Source: Rebecca billardiae RCC1528 (taxonomy: Eukaryota; Protista; Haptophyta). Taken from it: a stretch of DNA of 64,000 nucleotides. Both the position numbers and the translations under genes were made by a program. The stretch spans positions 2,604,001 through 2,668,000 of the forward strand of contig OZ251225.1 in NCBI GenBank assembly GCA_965240325.2. The letters are read 5' to 3'. Positions within the stretch are counted from its first letter, which is position 1. Every line of letters begins with the position of its first letter. Below the pieces are notes generated by a model. It did no database searches. It was not told where the DNA came from and worked only from the letters and a program-made list of their open reading frames with translations. Shown in pieces: positions 1 through 12,034 of the stretch.

Positions 1-1785
1 CGGCTGCGCATCGGCGCTGAGGTACACGGGTCCATCCGCGCCGATCGCGCGCGTGCGCACGCCCTTCCTCGCCGCTGCGGCAGGCGCACGCGCTTCGCGA
101 GCCGCCATGCGTGCGCTGGGAGGCAAAAGCGCACGCGCGCGGCGAGGCACGTTGAACGCCCCGGACGCAGCGATGCGTCGTATGGCGTAGCACGTGTCAC
201 ACGCGTGCTCTTAGCTTCGCGTGGCGCCGCGCGTGTGCACGGTCTCGGCGGTGCGCGTCGCGCGCTTTGCGCAGCCGCCAGCACACAGCCAGCTGACCCA
301 CGTGCGCCCGGCGTCGTCGAGTGGGCTGTGCACTGCGCGCACGAGGCGTGGCGCTGCGTGCCTGGCTCGTGGATGGCATGATGCCCGCGCTCTGCGCCCC
401 GCCTGGCGCTTGGCCAGCGATGTGTACCTCCGCGGCCAAGCTGTTCCGCGGCGTGGCAGGCGGTGCGATCGCAGGGCGCGGCCGGTTCCAGCCGCCGGCT
501 CGCCGGCCATGCGCACCGGGACATGCGGTGCCATGTCGGCCTCGCGAGCGCGCGCGGGTGTCACGTAGTGATGCAACCGCCCCTCGGCGGCCGCAGGGCG
601 GTCGCGGCCGCAGCCTGGCTCATCTCGTCCCCCGCTGCTGATCTGATTGACAAGCTGGTTGCGGCCTGCGGTGTTGCTCAGCACAGCAGCCGAAGTGCAC
701 AGGTCGGGTATTGTCATCAGGTGCAGCGCAACTCGAGAACAACTTGGCATGTCTCTGAGATGGGGGCGTTGCCATTTGCCGGGCAGGTAGCGCACATGTC
801 AAGTCTGGCGGCAGGATTCGTCGCATTGTGACTCGATGGCTGCCAAAACCATGCAGCATGCCTGTGGCTGTGTCGCATGCCGGCATGCACGGCCCAGTCC
901 ACAGAGCTCGCTGAGCAGATGAGAGATGCCAGCTAGCAACAGGCGACGATATGTTGCTGCGACAGCCTATTGATCAGCAGCAGCGCCAGCGGAAGTCCAC
1001 CCGTTTGCTACCGACAACCAAATGGCGTGGGCTGACGAGTCTCGGTCACTCGTCCGAGAGGCGAGCTAGAACCAGCAGACGGCCGCGGCCGATTCACAGT
1101 GCGCCTGGCTGCTGTCGTGCTCGCCTGCCTGATGCATGAGCTGACCGCCATGCGCGATCCCATGGCGCCAGGCTGCGGCCGCGACCGCCCTGCGGCCGCC
1201 GAGGGGCGGTTGCATCACTACGTGACACCCGCGCGCGCTCGCGAGGCCGACATGGCACCGCATGTCCCGGTGCGCATGGCCGGCGAGCCGGCGGCTGGAA
1301 CCGGCCGCGCCCTGCGATCGCACCGCCTGCCACGCCGCGGAACAGCTTGGCCGCGGAGGTACACATCGCTGGCCAAGCGCCAGGCGGGGCGCAGAGCGCG
1401 GGCATCATGCCATCCACGAGCCAGGCACGCAGCGCCACGCCTCGTGCGCGCAGTGCACAGCCCACTCGACGACGCCGGGCGCACGTGGGTCAGCTGGCTG
1501 TGTGCTGGCGGCTGCGCAAAGCGCGCGACGCGCACCGCCGAGACCGTGCACACGCGCGGCGCCACGCGAAGCTAAGAGCACGCGTGTGACACGTGCTACG
1601 CCATACGACGCATCGCTGCGTCCGGGGCGTTCAACGTGCCTCGCCGCGCGCGTGCGCTTTTGCCTCCCAGCGCACGCATGGCGGCTCGCGAAGCGCGTGC
1701 GCCTGCCGCAGCGGCGAGGAAGGGCGTGCGCACGCGCGCGATCGGCGCGGATGGACCCGTGTACCTCAGCGCCGATGCGCAGCCG
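1..1785. repeat. Long inverted repeat: arms 1-619 and 1167-1785 around a 547-bp unique spacer; left arm cut by the window edge
   Basis: Position x pairs with 1786-x. ORFs 197..439(-) and 1347..1589(+), and 221..568(+) and 1218..1565(-), translate identically. Complementarity stops at 619/1167. Confidence 0.95.
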
Positions 1786-2349
1786 CGTGAGTCGCGTGCC
1801 ACGCGTCGGTGCGACGTGCGAGGAGGCGCAAGGCGCCTCGGCGCGCGCGGCGCCTACTATCTCGCGCTTTCCCCGTATGTGGAGATCGACCTCAGCCGGC
1901 CTCGGCTCGGCTGAGGTCCGACCTCAGCCGCCAGCGCAGCCGCGACCCCAGCCGAGCACGATTTCCCTGAAGGGGTCTCGGTCCGCGTGCGGCCGTCCGG
2001 GAAGTGGCCGCCGTTTGCCCACAAGTCACGAACTACGTCTACTAGTACTGTAGTGCAAGTACGACTACGTCTACGAGCCGTCCGAGGCGGCGGTGAGACT
2101 GGCAACTTTGGACAACACTGCTGCAGTACCGTCATCACCAGGCCGCACGCAGCCTGCGGCGTCGTCCCGCTGCCAACGCCAGCCAACGCCAACGGCCAAG
2201 TCACAAGTGCCAATCCTGCGACACTGCCGACACGACACGGTCACGGATGCACACCGCGGGGACGGCGTGCGCTGCACAGCAGCCCTTGGTGATACGTCAC
2301 GCTGGAAGAGGACCTGCGTGCTGCAGACGAACGGCGTGCACGCCTTGGA

Positions 2350-4462
2350 TTAGCCTGGGCACGCCGCCTCGTGTGATGGCGCAGCTCGTCTCCGCTTGCC
2401 ACCCGGCGCCGCTGCGCCCGCGAGGCCTGCGTCGGCGCCTGCGTCGAGCGAGTCGTCGCGCGCCGCCGCGCAGCCAGGCGCTGCACTGGCCGCGTGCGGG
2501 GGTGTGGTTTCGGCTCGGCCGGCGGCCGCCCTTCCCTCGGCTCTCGCGGCTCGCACGGGCGCCGAAGCTCCGGCGCTGGCGCCCGCCGCGCCCGACGACG
2601 AGGCAGGCAGATCGCAATGCCTCGTGCGGGGCCGCTTGGCAGCCGCGGCGGCCGTGGGCGATGCAGCAGTGGCCGAAGCCGCGGCGGCCGATCGATCCGA
2701 AGTCTGGTGCGCGGACGAGGCGCCCCGGTCGACGCCCGCCGGCTCGGAGCCACGCGAGTGGCCCTCGTCGGACTCGCCCACGGCGGACGCGGCGGCGGGC
2801 ACGGGGATCGTGCCCCCTTGGCCGAGCGCGCGCAGCGACGGGCCGCGCCCGTCCGAGATGTAGGACGGCCGACGCGACATCTGCACCTCGTACCGCTGGT
2901 ACGAGTTGATCTCGTCTCGGATGAGCTGGCGCAGCTGGTGCGGGGAGAGGTTGAGGTCCTCGAAGTCGGACGTGCGCGGCACGAGGGGCTGGCTCCCACG
3001 CGGCAGCTCGGGCATGCCGTGGAAGAAGCGGTGCTCGAGCGCCTGCGCGCACGGCGCGACGCGCGCCGAGGCCATGTGAGCAGAAGCCCGCGGCGGGGCG
3101 CAGGCCTCCGCGGCCGCTCGCGGGGCGCGCGCCCGATGCGGCGAGCGCACACCTGGCGCACGGTGCACCTCTCGGAGGGGTTGAAGGCAAGCATCCAGTC
3201 GAGTAGCGCGATCGCCTCCGCGCTCGCCCCGGGGTAGAGCTGCGCGAGCGGCGTGCGCTCGGCGTGCGGCATCGCGCGCAGGTACTCGCGGAGCTCCTCA
3301 TTCTCAATCCACGACAAGTCGCCCTGAGACGTGCCGAGGACGCGCACGATGGTCGAGAGCTGGTCGTACGGCGCGCTGAGCTGCGTGTCCTCGCCCGACG
3401 GCGAGAGCGGGAAGCACGACGAGCCGGGGAAGATCGCCGAGCGCTCGTGCGGCCGCGAGTGCGACTGCGGCAGCATCGTGAGCAGCTCGGCCATGATGCA
3501 GCCCACAGACCACACGTCGATGGCGGCGGTGTACCGCTGCATCAGGATGAGCTCCTGCGCGAGCGAGAGCGCGCGCCGCACGGGCGACGGAGGGCGGGGG
3601 CGCCGAGGGGTCCGGATGACACGCTGGTCTGGACACGCCGGCACGGTGCGAGCGCGGCGAGCGGCGCCCGACGCGGCGCGGCGCGGCGCGGCGCGTACCG
3701 GTGCGCGGTACCACCGCGTGACAACATGCGACGTGAGCTGGCGCGTGAGCCGCGCCAGGCGCTCCGGCTCGGCCGCGGGCCTGGGATCCACCGCATCGGG
3801 CGGGCTGAACACCCCGCCCTGGTTCACCACGCGAGACAGCCCAAAGTCGCAGATCTTGACGTCGCAGCTCCCGTTGAGCAGCACGTTTGCTGGCTTGAGG
3901 TCGCGGTGCAGCACGTGCGCAGAGTGGATGTGCTCGAGCGCCGCGAGCGTCTGCCGCACGATCCACTGGACGTGCTGCAGCGTGATCGTCTGCGGTGATA
4001 CAATGAGCTTGCGCATGTCTAGGTCGACGTAGTCCATCACGATCCACAGGTCCTGGAACGTCTCCAGCGAGAGCGGGCGGAGCAGGCCACGGATCTTGAT
4101 CACGTGCGGGTCGTCGAGGTGGCGCAGAATGCGCAGCTCACGCAGGAGCCGCTTGGCCTCGGTGAGGTTGTTGAAGCAGTTGGACACCTTCTTGATCGCG
4201 ACGAGCTCCTTCGTCTTGAGATCAATCGCGGCTCTGGAGGTGCGGAGGCGCCCGGCGGCGGGAGCGGCGTGCACGGTTGGCCACGCGCCGTTGGCGCGCG
4301 ATGCGCGCGCAAGGGCAAGCGGGGACGCCGCAGCGCGTACGCGACTTCGCCATAGGCGCCACGGCCGAGGTAACATCGGAACTCGAAGCGGCGTGTGCAC
4401 TCGGGATGGCAGCCCTTGAAAAAGCGAGCGGCGGCGAGGCCCGCGCGATCGGGGCCGGCCAT
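2350..4462 (-). CDS. MAP kinase-family Ser/Thr kinase with TSH activation loop; exons approx. 4462-4341, 4233-3699, 3554-3153, 3042-2350
   Basis: The spliced product has LGRGAYGEV, VAIKK, KRLLRELRILRHL, HRDLKPAN, ICDFGLSR, TSHVVTRWYRAPE, IDVWSVGCI and a low-complexity tail. GT-AG introns restore the frame. Confidence 0.92.
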
Positions 4463-4696
4463 CGTCGCAATTTCAAGGATCACTCATCACCCGCGCCCAA
4501 CCCAGGACGAGGCCGGGCGCAAAGGGCCGTGGAGACCGGGAGAGCTGGCCAGGGCCACTGGGGACTCCCTTGCCAGGGCGGCCGGTCGCCCTTCAATGTC
4601 GGGGGCTTGATGGCGGGGAAAACGACGAACGTCGAACGTTGACGAACCTCTCCGACGACGCCCAGGCCCGCCGGCTGGCGACGTCCACTGGACGCA

Positions 4697-6042
4697 ATGC
4701 TTGCCCGCCGAGGGTATCGCCGCATGTCGTCGGCTGCCGGCCCAACGCACCTGTGGGTCAGCAAGACGCCATTCACGCTGCGCTCGGGCAAGCAGCTTCC
4801 TGAGCTGCGAATCGCGTACGAGACCTGGGGCAGATTGAACGCGAAGCGCGACAACGTGATCCTACTCTTCGGCGGTATGTCAGCGTCGTCGCACGCGGCC
4901 TCGCACCCAGCGGACACGTCACCGGGCTGGTGGGAGAAGTTCATCGGACCCGGCCGCGCCCTGGACACCAACCTCTTCCACGTCATCTGCGCCAACAACC
5001 TCGGCAGCTGCTATGGCACCTCGGGGCCGTCGTCGATCAACCCGGAGACGGGCAGGCGCTTTGGCACGGATTTCCCGCTCTTTTCGATCCAGGACATGGT
5101 CGCCGCACAGTTCGCGTTGCTCGATCATCTGGACGTGCACAAGCTGCACGCGACAGTGGGAGGCTCGCTCGGCGGGATGCAGGCGGCCTGTGCCGCGGTG
5201 CTCCATCCCGAGCGCGTCGCGCGCTTCGTCTCCATCTCGGCAACCGCCCACTCCTTCCCCACGTCGGTCGCGTTCAGGCATGTGCAGCGGCAGGTGAGTC
5301 CCGGCGCTTGCCTCTGCCCGCCCGCCCCCCGCCTCTCCCCCCGGCGATGCGCTGCCCGCGCTGTGGCCAACACTGCCCACCGCGCGCAACCGCACGCACC
5401 AAGGCTATCATGGCCGACCCGGATTGGAACGGCGGGCACTACTACGATGGGCCCCTTCCCACGCAGGGTCTGCGGCTCGCGCGTGAGATTGCGACGCTCA
5501 CATACCGCTCGGGGCCCGAGTGGGGCGGGCGCTTCGGCATCGACCGGCAGCACGACTCCCCACTCATTGCCGAGGAGCTGATCCCGAGCCTGCCGCGCAC
5601 GCTCGGCAACGAACTCCTGATCGAGCATTACCTGTCACACCAGGGCAAGAAGTGGGTGGGCCACTTCGACCCGAACACGGTGCTCTACATCTCCAAGGCG
5701 ATGGACTGCTTCACGCTGCAGGCACCCGACGAGGACGGCCGCCCGAGCCTCGTTGCCGGGCTGCGCCGCGCGAACCAGCCCGCGCTTGTGATCGGAGTGC
5801 AGACTGACGTGCTCTTCCCGGTGTGGCAGCAGAAGGAGCTCGCCGACGCGCTGCGGGCCGCGGGGAACCGGTCCGTGAATTACATCGAGCTCGATGCCAT
5901 CTACGGGCACGACACCTTCCTCCTCGACGAGACCTCGATGGCGCCAGCCGTGCGTGGCCACCTCACGCTGCTCGATGAGAGATACTGCGTGCAGCGCGAC
6001 CACGTGCTTGAGGACGCCGCTGGCGAGTACGTGGCCATCTGA
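4697..6042 (+). CDS. MetX-family alpha/beta-hydrolase acyltransferase, closest in motifs to Cys2-type serine O-succinyltransferase; exons 4697-5293, 5404-6042
   Basis: Motifs IAYETWG, SASSHA..PGWWEKFIGPG, GGSLGGMQ (catalytic Ser), LAREIATLTYRSGPEW, TDVLFP and GHDTFL (catalytic His). Intron GTGAGT..AAG at 5294-5403. Arg/Ser-rich N-terminus resembles a mitochondrial presequence. Confidence 0.9.
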
Positions 6043-6360
6043 GCATTCAGTCATCGCGACTACACCGCCTAACTAGTAACTTATTACCACGACGACTACG
6101 ACACGTGGACGATGCCGGATCGGCTTGTAAGTCGATGTAATAATAGTGTATCGTCACACATCTGACATCAGCGGCTCGGCGCGATCCAATTATTCGAACT
6201 TAGACGGACTACGAATACAATACTGACCGCGAATATAATTATTATGATATACACTACTGATAGACAATACTTATTAAAAATTATTATTATTATTATTATA
6301 CTGATACGGCCTAGCAGCACGGTAAGACTAAGAGGTCCAGGCCGTACGTCTACGTATGAG

Positions 6361-7235
6361 TACAGTAATCTCGCCTGCCTCAGCCTGAGCTCAGAGCTGT
6401 GTGCGTCTCTTATTCTTAGTTACAAACTGTACCCTCCATAATCAGCTCCGATGGACAGTATTCAGGACGAGCCATGGTGGCGGGTACTTACTAGCTGGGC
6501 AGGCTTTGGATTCGGTCCGGTTGACTGGCCGGTCCGGGTGCTCTGTTGTACAGCTTACCGGGTACGTACGTATGGGGCGCTCGTTGGAACTTGAGCGGGG
6601 GTGGAACTTGACACCGCATTTCCCAGCGAAGTGCCCCATATCGGCGGGGCTGGCACGGTCGGCACACGCTCCTGAGCGCTCGCTTCGCGGTGCGGCAGGC
6701 CTTGGGCAGCCCAGACAGACATGCCGCGACCGAATTACCGGGCCATGCGCGCACCACACCCGCGCTACATGGCCTACGCGCTGGACGACTGAGAGGCAAC
6801 GCCGAACCACTGCATTCCACTGCCCCGCATGCACCCCGAGTCACCTTCAGAGGGCGTCGACGAGCGCAGAGCGGGTGCGTGGGAGTTCGACCAACTCGTG
6901 TACCTTCTTGCAAGCACCAGCGGCGAGGTCGCAAGCCGAACCTTGACCAGCCGTGGAACTTGAGCTGGTCGGCAGCAAAACCACCGTTCAACCCGGATCA
7001 AGTTAGCAGCGTGCGAGGAGGAGGCGCGGTGCGCGTCCGCGGCTGGCGAGAGGCGTCCGGACCGTGCCGTTCTCGGCCGCGCCCGCGCGCTTCCCGCCGC
7101 CGCGGGCCCCGTGTACGCCCGTAGTCGCCCTCGCCGCGCGGGCGCCAAACCGGCGTCAAGTTCCAACGAGCGCTCCATACAGTGTCAATCTCGCCTGCCT
7201 GAGCTGTGTGCGTCTCTTATTCTTAGTAAACTGTA
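6361..7235. repeat. Two copies of a 58-71 bp repeat (6361-6431, 7178-7235), each bounded by TACAGT...ACTGTA
   Basis: Both share AATCTCGCCTGCCT..GAGCTGTGTGCGTCTCTTATTCTTAGT..AAACTGTA. Confidence 0.85.
6573..7177. mobile_element. Putative non-autonomous TIR element (MITE-like), about 605 bp, flanked by TA
   Basis: GTATGGGGCGCTCGTTGGAACTTGA (6570-6594) is the reverse complement of TCAAGTTCCAACGAGCGCTCCATAC (7156-7180) with one mismatch. TA lies at 6571-6572 and 7178-7179. No credible internal ORF. Confidence 0.7.
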
Positions 7236-7435
7236 GTGATGTTCAATGTGGTATTTTGTAAGCCCCTTGGTTCAATCTGGCGGAGATTGCTCAGCCATCG
7301 CTAAGTCGCCTACCGTAGTGGACGGCAGCAAAAGCGCGCTGGCGGGTGGGTGGCCGCGGGAGTTCTCCGCCCGCGCCCGGGGGCGGCCGCGCAGGCCGTA
7401 CTCCCGCGCGGGCACCTCTGGGCCGATCGCATCAC

Positions 7436-8127
7436 ATGGGCCGCATATTCCTTGAATACGTCGCTGGCGACGTGGTGCACGTCTGCGCCGTCTGTCGCAC
7501 CCACCTCGCAGACCAGGACGGGATCATCTCCAAGGTGTGCTGCTGGCAGCCGCAGGGTGCGGAGTCCTGACTGAGCCAGCGCGGGCATGCGCGTGCGGGC
7601 CCATCGGCTGACCTGGCCTGCGTGCTAGTGCCGCCGCGCAGGCGTTTCAAGGCCGCCACGGCCGCGCCTACCTCTTCTCAGATGTGGTGAATGTGACGAC
7701 TGGACCGCGAGAGAACCGTTTGCTGCTCACCGGTTTGCACGTGGTCGCGGACATCTACTGCAACTGCTGCGACACACGTCTAGGCTGGAAATATGTGCGT
7801 GCTGGCTGCTGCCTGCCTGCACGCGCACCTTGTGCCCGCCCATGCGCTGTGCGCCCGAACTTACTATCTGCCCACCATCTGCCAACGCGTCCGCATGCGC
7901 AGGTGGAAGCATTTGAAGAGACGCAGAAATACAAGGAGGGCAAGTTCATCCTGGAAAAGGCCATGATCTCCAAAGAGGAGGAGCGCCAGCTGCATAGATT
8001 TGTCGAGCAGGAGCTGCCGATTGCGAGCCCTGCTGGGCGCGGTGGCGTTGCCGCGGCAGTACACCACGGCCACGGCCACGGGGCATCAGCGTTGGCGGCT
8101 GGAGAACCTGTCGCTGCTGAGTCCTGA
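7436..8127 (+). CDS. Yippee-like (YPEL) zinc-binding protein; exons 7436-7534, 7642-7794, 7903-8127
   Basis: Spliced product [71 protein letters not shown] is the Yippee signature. Both GT-AG introns are phase 0. Confidence 0.95.
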
Positions 8128-8740
8128 GTCTCGGCCTGACTGTGACCGGCAGAGTCGTCGCCGGGCAGCTCGTGAACATTTCTTCTGTCATCATCATCAT
8201 CGCCGTGCGCCAAAATACTGCTACTATGTGTGTCGTCCGCCGGCGCGCTGCCACGCGCGCCGAGTCCGACCGAGTGGCGAGTCGGAGTCCGAGTTCGTTG
8301 ATGAATAATCGTTCGAGCACAATTTATTACTAATATTAATAACTGCTACAATTAATCGGACCGTCACTGGCGTCAGACTACGGGCGGATGTTACTGCTGT
8401 CGTGATGACGCAGTTAATTACTATTAATTGGCTGCCTACTCAGAGTCACTGTGTACATAACAACCATCAGGCTGATATAATAATCGTCAGCGTATTATTA
8501 GCTAATAATACGCTGCTATAATGAATAACTCAAATAAGTAGTAGTGGCTTGCCTGACGACGTCGTCGACGACAAACAACAACATCCACCATGGCGACCAA
8601 CATCAACGTGCTCACACCACTGCCACTGCTGCAAGCAAGCTTCGACCAGTACTCCAGTCTCCATCCGCACGACACGGACGAATTCAGGCAGGAGAGCTGC
8701 GCCCTCGTGCCTGTGTCAATTTTTAAAAAAACATAGAATT

Positions 8741-8942
<202 letters not shown>

Positions 8943-9306
8943 GCGGTCAGTCCGACCGCCGCCTGCGCACACGGCACAGCCGCCACAGCACTGGCGGCTA
9001 CGTTAACGAGTACCGGTACCGAGCCCGAGTGGCGAGTGACGCATAGTTATACTCCGATCAGTCACAGTGATGACTGAGCGGTAGTTACGATTATTTATGT
9101 ATATTAATATATATATTAATATTCGGTGCAACTGATGCGCGCGGCCATCAACTCTGAATAATCAGTGCCCTGCCCGCTGACCGCGGTGCGCTGGTCATCA
9201 TTAGACCCTGAGGCCGCCGCAGACCACTGACATTCTCAGAGTACTAGTGACTACGTCAATAGCGTTATTATGCCATTCGTTATGCCGCGCGGCAGCGCCA
9301 CATTAG

Positions 9307-10149
9307 GACCCGTTGCAAGCGTGAGCGCCGAAAAAACGACACTTCTGCGGCCTAGAGTGACGATAGTCTTGCCGGCGGCGGCGGCGGCGGCGGGAGCGTG
9401 ACAGTGCGTCTACCATCACCTTCCGTTTAGCGCGCTACGCCGCGCGTGCCGGGTAGTGCCCCCGGCCCGCCGCAGCAGCAGTCGACAAGTAGTGAAGAGA
9501 CGATGACCGCGGACGCAGCGCCGCAGTACAGCCTGCATCCACTTGCAGCGCAGCGCGCACTGTAGTTGCACTTGCAGCGCTCGCGCTCAGCGAGCATGGG
9601 CGTACGCTCAGGCGTGTCAAGTGCTGTGTCGTCGGCGCGCTTCGCCTGCCACCTCGCGAACCCGTGCACGCAGCTTCATCGTCTTCATGAGGACTGCTCG
9701 GTGCTGCTGTCGCCATCCGACCCGAGTCCGCGGTCGCGCGGCGCGCGCGGTGGCAGCTGTGCACCGCAGAGTGTCACTGCTGCTGCTTCGCAGCAGTCGT
9801 CAGCAGTTGCGTCGTCATCCTCCTCGTCGTCGGCTTCCACTGCCGCAAGAGGGAACGCTGCCAAAGCTGCAGTTGGGAGGCAAGTCCTTCTCTCTTCCCA
9901 CCGCGGCGCGCGCGTTGTGACAGCCCTCCCCGTTTGGCTTCTCTTGACCACCTGCTGAGGGTTTTGCAGCTCGATCTCGGCAACGGCACCTGGCGACGAA
10001 CGGATTGGATTATTGGATTCCCCGTGCACCAATCCGCTCGGTTCGTCGCGCCCGGCCGCCATCGCCCAGCGCTAGTTGCAAAACCGTATTTTCACCGGTA
10101 CGTCGCATCATTTTCACCGCCCTACGGTCACTCACCCGTGCAACGGGTC
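9307..10149. mobile_element. Putative non-autonomous DNA transposon, 843 bp, with 11-bp perfect TIR and TTAG target-site duplication
   Basis: TTAG|GACCCGTTGCA (9303-9317) and TGCAACGGGTC|TTAG (10139-10153). Imperfect complementarity continues a few more bases. Confidence 0.65.
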
Positions 10150-10497
10150 TTAGTCCGATTACGACTCGGCGTCATCAGTCATTAGTCAACTAAGCTACGG
10201 GCAGCTACGGTTTATAACTGCAGTTGAGTCCGTTTAAGTTCGTTTAGGCTTAATTCCGGGGTGTAGAATCCGCCTGTGCCAATTTCAGACCGCCAAAATG
10301 TGATCTAGCCGGTGCGATTCTGGTACAAATTATAGCGAGATCACCTTGGAGATCGTGTACAGTATCTCCCAGTCTACTAATATGTTGCCGAGCTCGCATC
10401 GAGATTGAGGTCCGGACTCCGGTACGTATATATCTAGACATTATTAATATGTTGTGATATTTTTCGCAATAAAACATGTCAGCGTGACCCCAGGTCA

Positions 10498-10740
10498 TTT
10501 CAGGCGAATATTGACATCCCGAAGTTTGAGAGCCTTATCATCTCAATTAGACGACAGAAAGTTATATTGGATTTTGGGCCCCCACCACCCCACATCAGTG
10601 GGGCTCTGCCGCTCTCGGATTTCAGGCGAATATTGACATCCCGAAGTTTGAGAGCCTCATCATCTCAATTAGACGACAGAAAGTTATATTGGATTTTGGG
10701 GCCCCACCACCCCACATCAGTGGGGCTCTGCCGCTCTCGG
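10498..10740. repeat. Near-perfect tandem duplication of a roughly 122-bp unit
   Basis: TTTCAGGCGAATATTGACATCCCGAAG...CCCCACATCAGTGGGGCTCTGCCGCTCTCGG occurs at 10498 and again at 10620. Confidence 0.93.
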
Positions 10741-10813
10741 TAACTGCGTCGGCCCGCGCCCGACGTCTGGGCGACGAGTGACTGACGCTCTAAAGTATAT
10801 GATGTGACGAATA

Positions 10814-10848
<35 letters not shown>

Positions 10849-12034
10849 CTAGCCGTCCTCGTGAACGCCGACGCCAACTGCTGGCCGAAGGTGGGCACGC
10901 CGCCTGGCATGTCGATGCTGAGGCGGCTGGGGATTTATGTGTCCTGGGGATTTATGTGTCCTCATGGCTTGGCGAGCGGCAGCAGATGCGGTGGGCATGC
11001 CGCTCGCCGTCGACGAGACGCGGTGCGTGTCAGTGATCGGCCCGCGCGGACGTCCGCTGACGGAAGGCTGAGCGCCTGCGGACTCGTCGACTGAACCTCC
11101 ACCTGACCGCCCGGGAGCAGCACTGCTGGGGACCTAACCTGAAAAACCCAACCGTGTTGGGACGCAGGGGGTCACATGAGCCCTACTAAGTGCAGCGCCG
11201 CAAGACCGGGCGGTCGGACGGCGGGTGTTGTGGTCCCGCCGCCCGAGCACCAGACCAACGGGCCCTGGGTGGGCGGGTCGCCGAAAGATGTTGGTCGGTG
11301 CACGCGACGCGCCACCCGCGTGCGAGCCGCCGCCGCCGGCGACGCAGGTGACGAGCTTGGCTGGAGCCACCTCGCACGCCGCGCCTGGCAAAGCAGGCGG
11401 CAGAGGCCGGCGCCGGAAACCGATCTCCTGGGCGGCAGAAAAACCCGGACAGACTGTTTGTCCGGGAGCAGCCCTTTGAGGCGATGGTCTGTTACAGGGC
11501 GGCGTGGCTGATGAGCGGCGCTGGCGCCCGGCGGCGTTCTTGTCGTCCGGCTTAGAGTTAGACAATAATCAGTTATTCAGTACCAGTAACCCCATCACAC
11601 ATATATACATGTATATATATATACGACTCAACCGCGCGCGTGATAGAAGTGTGACGTCATCGTTATCAACGACATCAGCAGTATCGTCACTCGGCTTCGT
11701 CGGCCGGAGTCGGAGTCCACTCAGAATCGCTACGCGTCGCAGTGGTCCCGGACCGGACCGACTTGGACTCTGCTCCGGGAGTAGTCGTACGGCACAGACT
11801 GTTTTCGCTAGCCGTCACGCAGCAGTGACAGCGTGAGAGAGGGACGCGTGCCTAGCCGCTGAATTGTCACACGCGCAATACTTCCATAGGCGCAAAGACC
11901 GCCGTTCGCGGCCAAAAGAAGCGCCGGCCCGCGATTGGAGGCAGTCGTCCACCGTACCAGCAAATGCGCAGAGGGCAATCTGCCCTTCGGGCGACGACCA
12001 GCATGGCTGCGAAGCGCCCATCGAAGGCTGCGCT

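Noticed and set aside
197-2292. Many ORFs inside and next to the long inverted repeat
   Set aside because: R/A/P-rich translations typical of GC-rich non-coding DNA. They are duplicated only because of the repeat and show no motifs.
11508-11560. CTGATGA as a hammerhead ribozyme core (also near 29588 and 46766)
   Set aside because: No stem II followed by GAAA could be built.
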